Notes under the pieces: model-generated
What the model saw: the letters and a program-made list of their open reading frames with translations, nothing else
What the model was told of the DNA's origin: nothing
The model's database searches: none
Translations under genes and position numbers: made by a program
Part shown: one piece after another, positions 61,008 through 64,000 of the stretch
How positions within the stretch are numbered: the stretch's first letter is position 1
Layout: the number at the start of each line of letters is the position of its first letter
Virus record (IMG/VR): IMGVR_UViG_2799112420_000002
Coordinates: 1,598 to 65,597 of that record
Direction: 5' to 3' (one strand)
From: a virus
Lineage: Duplodnaviria; Caudoviricetes
DNA: 64,000 nt

Positions 61008-61021
61008 CCCCGTCTATTTTT
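60995..61021 (+). terminator. Terminator
   Basis: GACGGGG-aaataa-CCCCGTC followed by TATTTTT. Confidence 0.7.
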
Positions 61022-61042
61022 CTTTATAAATGTAAAAAACTC

Positions 61043-61071
61043 TTGCAAAAACTATGCGCATAGTTTATAAT
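61043..61071 (+). promoter_or_regulatory. Promoter with an 18-bp palindromic operator (same core as at 58017)
   Basis: TTGCAA, 17-bp spacer, TATAAT; AAACTATGCGCATAGTTT at 61049-61066. Confidence 0.85.
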
Positions 61072-61105
61072 TAAACTGTGCCCGGGGTCCGGGCCGGAAG
61101 GAGGA

Positions 61106-61507
61106 TTGCGGATGCGCTACCTGGCGAGCGATGGCTGGCGTAAGATCTCCGAGGACGGTTCCTCTCTGATCACCAGCGTCCTGTTCAATGTCCTGACTGG
61201 TGAGAGCGTCAGTGTCATAACCCGCGATTACGACCGCGAGTGGTGCAATGATGCGGAGGCTTCCGAGTGGTACGATGTGGCGATCGATCACGACGCCCGC
61301 CGCGCCTACTGCCGGAAGAACATGATCATCACGGACGGCTCCCGCGTTCTGGTGGTCAAGGGCCGGAAGATTGAGCCTGGTTACGCTGGGGTTGTCGACC
61401 GGATCCGGAAGGTCCGCGATCGCTACGGCCGCTGGGTTGCGAACTATGTGGTGTTCACCGACGGCAAGGAGACAAACATCGACAACTGCATTCTGATTGC
61501 TGACTGA
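61106..61507 (+). CDS. Hypothetical protein (C-terminal KOW/SH3-like strand pattern)
   Basis: GGAGG RBS; VLVVKGRKIEPG..GVV. Confidence 0.6.
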   Translation: MRMRYLASDGWRKISEDGSSLITSVLFNVLTGESVSVITRDYDREWCNDAEASEWYDVAIDHDARRAYCRKNMIITDGSRVLVVKGRKIEPGYAGVVDRIRKVRDRYGRWVANYVVFTDGKETNIDNCILIAD

Positions 61508-61520
61508 GGAGGGAACGGAA

Positions 61521-61964
61521 ATGACGAACGCGATGATCATTTTCTGGCAGAGCGTGGACCTGATGAACGCCGGTGTGATTGGATCCACCGGCCGGGTCCT
61601 GACGATGGAGCTGCCGGACGGCTCCACTAAGGAGATCCAGGAGCCCGAACCGATTCACACTTTCGCTTGCTGGAAGGGCATGGGGTTCAGCGTGAAGAAA
61701 GGCGAGCATGCGATTGCCCGGTTCCCGATCTGGAAGGGCTCCGAAAAGGTGGTCAAGGACGAAGCCGGGAATGACACCGACGAGAAGAGCCTGACGATGT
61801 TCCGGAAAGAAGCTTGCTTCTTCACCGCTGCCCAGGTTGAGCCGATTGCGGATCGGAAGCCTGGAGACCGCCCGCGCCGCCGCCGCGCTCCGGTTAACCC
61901 GCCGATGGTTCCGGACCTTCCGATTCCGGCTCCTGCGGCCGGATACGGAAGCTGGTTGAGCTGA
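61521..61964 (+). CDS. ArdC-N-like ssDNA-binding domain protein
   Basis: TF.CWK.MG.SVKKGE.A...PIW...F...FF...QVE. Confidence 0.65.
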   Translation: MTNAMIIFWQSVDLMNAGVIGSTGRVLTMELPDGSTKEIQEPEPIHTFACWKGMGFSVKKGEHAIARFPIWKGSEKVVKDEAGNDTDEKSLTMFRKEACFFTAAQVEPIADRKPGDRPRRRRAPVNPPMVPDLPIPAPAAGYGSWLS

Positions 61965-62011
61965 CTGACTGCCGACCCGGGGCGGCTAATCCCCGGGAGA
62001 AGGAGCCCCAG

Positions 62012-62587
62012 ATGGCAAGGACAGATCTCATCAAGTATGTCCGGACGGACAAGAACGGCACAAAGATTTACTTTGATTTCACTTGCCCGCGTTGTGCCGG
62101 ATACGGCGAGGCAGACAAATGGATAAACACCGGAAGGGTTTGCTTCGCTTGCGGCGGCTCTGGCTTGAGAGCCGTCCCAAAGACCGTCAAAGAGTACACT
62201 CCGGAATACTGGGCGAAGCTGGAAGCCAGGCGGCGGGCAAAAGCGGAGAAGAAAGCCGCCGAGAGAGCGAAGTACGAAGCGGAACACGCGGACGAGATCG
62301 CTGCCGAGAGGGCTGAGTACGAACGCAAGACATTCGAGTTCCGGTGCGCTGAACACGGCTGCGGAAAAGACGGAGTTGGGTACGTTCTGACTGGCAGCAC
62401 CTTCAAGATCAAAGAAGAGATTAAGAAGGCTGGCGGCAAGTGGATTTACGGTCGTTGGATCTGCCCGGTCGAGTTCAAGTGCGTTGGAGTCACCGCAAAG
62501 CGGATTGACATTTCCAGCCATGTCAGCACCGGAATGAACACCTGGAAAGATGACGGTTTTGACTTCTATGATGTAATTACGGATTGA
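62012..62587 (+). CDS. Protein with a CxxCxG..CxxCGG zinc finger
   Basis: CPRCAGYG and CFACGGSG. Confidence 0.65.
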   Translation: MARTDLIKYVRTDKNGTKIYFDFTCPRCAGYGEADKWINTGRVCFACGGSGLRAVPKTVKEYTPEYWAKLEARRRAKAEKKAAERAKYEAEHADEIAAERAEYERKTFEFRCAEHGCGKDGVGYVLTGSTFKIKEEIKKAGGKWIYGRWICPVEFKCVGVTAKRIDISSHVSTGMNTWKDDGFDFYDVITD

Positions 62588-62609
62588 CGCCTGATTCCGA
62601 CAGAAAGGA

Positions 62610-62792
62610 TTGATGAGAATGAGGAAGCTCGGAATGATCGTGAATGGCGACAGCGCCTATATTGTTTGCTGGTTTGAAGGGGACCGTATCACGATTCCGG
62701 CAACTGGGACGCTGATCGCGACAAGCACTCGTGACCTTGAAGAGGCGCTAAGAATCTGCAGAAGGAACTTCAGCAATTTCATTGAGTTCTGA
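62610..62792 (+). CDS. Small hypothetical protein
   Basis: AAAGGA RBS. Confidence 0.45.
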   Translation: MMRMRKLGMIVNGDSAYIVCWFEGDRITIPATGTLIATSTRDLEEALRICRRNFSNFIEF

Positions 62793-62848
62793 TCCTGATA
62801 GAATGAGCCCAGCCGCCCGGGCAAAAGGGCGGCAGAAAGGACCTGAAG

Positions 62849-63148
62849 ATGTACGAGCTGGATTATGTTTTCGACGGAGATTTTGAGAGGCCGGTTTACA
62901 GGAAAAAGTTGGTCCGGGCGACTGAGCGCAGCGACATGTACAAGATTGAGCATGCGCTCCGGATGAAGTGCAGCGCAGAGTCCACCAAGTTGTTCCGGCT
63001 CGCCTGGAAGATGGTCCGGCATGGATGCTCCGCTGAGAGCATCGAGAAGTGCCGCAACGAGGCCCGTGCGCTGCATGACGTTGGCGGCATTAACCTCTGG
63101 GAGGTCCTGAATCCCTTCGTTGTCTGGGAATATGCTTTCAAATGCTGA
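62849..63148 (+). CDS. Hypothetical protein
   Basis: Hairpin plus AAAGGA RBS upstream. Confidence 0.55.
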   Translation: MYELDYVFDGDFERPVYRKKLVRATERSDMYKIEHALRMKCSAESTKLFRLAWKMVRHGCSAESIEKCRNEARALHDVGGINLWEVLNPFVVWEYAFKC

Positions 63149-63160
63149 GGAGGTGCGAAG

Positions 63161-63409
63161 ATGACAAGAAGTGCTGCGCTGAACAAAAGCCAGAAGTGGG
63201 TAGAGCTGATCCGGAATTGCTATCCGACCGGGACCAGGGTTGAGTGCGACGGCATGGAGGATATCCGTGCCGTCAGGCCTGGGACCCGCGGGACGATTGT
63301 CAATGTCGATGATGCCGGTCAGATCCATGTTGCTTGGGATAACGGATCTGCTCTGGCGCTGGTTCCCGGGATTGATCATTTTCACTGTGTAGGAGGGGAG
63401 ATCAGATGA
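63161..63409 (+). CDS. DUF4314-like protein
   Basis: YP.GTRVE..M.D...PGTRGT...VDDAGQIHVAWDNGS.LAL.PG.D.F. Confidence 0.85.
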   Translation: MTRSAALNKSQKWVELIRNCYPTGTRVECDGMEDIRAVRPGTRGTIVNVDDAGQIHVAWDNGSALALVPGIDHFHCVGGEIR

Positions 63410-63636
63410 GCTATGTGATTGATAGTGTACAGGGAGAGCACTTTATCGTGAAGCGCGAGCCGGAAGCCGGAATCTATGAGTCCTGGCGGGTAGTGCAGAG
63501 CCTTGGAATGTTCCGGATTGTTCACCGTATCAACGATACGGTCAGCGGCAACTGGAAGCAGACCTATTCAGAGGAGATTTATGAGACGGCCGACTGTGCA
63601 ATTGCGGCATTGAAGGGAGGTCTTGGAATTGATTGA
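63406..63636 (+). CDS. Hypothetical protein
   Basis: Coupled ORF. Confidence 0.5.
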   Translation: MSYVIDSVQGEHFIVKREPEAGIYESWRVVQSLGMFRIVHRINDTVSGNWKQTYSEEIYETADCAIAALKGGLGID

Positions 63637-64000
63637 GAGGTTTACACCAGAAGAGCTGGTCCAGATCCGCAAGGAGCTCAAGGAAATGGACAGGAGCACA
63701 CAGAAGTCGAATCTTCTGTATGAACAGTATGTAAGAGCGATAAATGTTCTGGGAATTAAGAATGACGAAGAGCTGAGTAGGTCCTTTTCGTCCTTCGATG
63801 TCAAGAACGCCATGACGATGCTTTGCGACCATGCATTGAAGAATTACGAGCTGAACCAGAGGAAAAGCCTCCCCAACAAAAGGATTTGGAAACGGACAAG
63901 TTCGATTCCGACAGGGAAGGAGGAGCGGTACCTGGAATGCTACACCAGCCTGGTAGATGTTCTGGAAAAATATTCTGAGTTGTGGTTGGGAAGTGAATGA
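63623..64000 (+). CDS. Hypothetical protein
   Basis: Coupled ORF ending at the last base of the window. Confidence 0.5.
   Translation: MELIERFTPEELVQIRKELKEMDRSTQKSNLLYEQYVRAINVLGIKNDEELSRSFSSFDVKNAMTMLCDHALKNYELNQRKSLPNKRIWKRTSSIPTGKEERYLECYTSLVDVLEKYSELWLGSE

Larger units (their letters stand above)
307..64000. mobile_element. Temperate prophage with contractile (myovirus-type) tail; right end not in window
   Basis: att site, integrase, cI/cro, replication, terminase, portal, capsid, sheath, baseplate and lysis genes in canonical order. No second att copy seen before 64000. Confidence 0.95.

Noticed and set aside
1-64000. IS elements, group I/II introns, inteins, rRNA
   Set aside because: No transposase, maturase/RT or intein splice motifs, and no rRNA-like sequence recognised. 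TerL and the other core genes appear uninterrupted.

Overview
Apart from the first ~300 bp (host DNA), the window is one temperate prophage of a Bacillota (Clostridia-like) host; the host assignment is inferred from RBS style and gene families. The left boundary is the displaced 3' half of a tRNA-Pro(GGG) at 307-349. No second copy of that sequence is seen, so the prophage probably extends past 64000. Gene order: tyrosine integrase, hicAB, cI/cro switch, recombination and replication genes (RecT, MBL hydrolase, NinB-like, DnaD-type initiator, SSB), many small accessory genes, terminase, DUF1073-type portal, MuF, DUF2213 protease/scaffold, DUF2184-type capsid, contractile tail and baseplate, fibres, lysis cassette, then an accessory island (DUF4942-type MTase, ArdC-like, DUF4314). 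The most striking signal is a stand-alone Cas7/RAMP-like gene (8091-8741), with no other cas gene in the window, followed directly by a ~570-nt non-coding, purine-rich array with strict 5-nt periodicity (G-N-W-N-N) and mostly +1 phase slips. This is a candidate RNA-guided system that does not use a CRISPR repeat-spacer array. Second, the head module carries four putative enzymatic cargo/toxin domains (GNAT-like fused to the portal, ART-like, zincin, zeta-like kinase) that share D|GGPGSG or D|A..HPR..G.F motifs; three are followed by small immunity-like genes. Other points: two families of promoters that share operators, a small RNA complementary to the hicA Shine-Dalgarno, and a ParB-PRTase fusion. 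All family assignments come from motifs read by eye, not from database searches.
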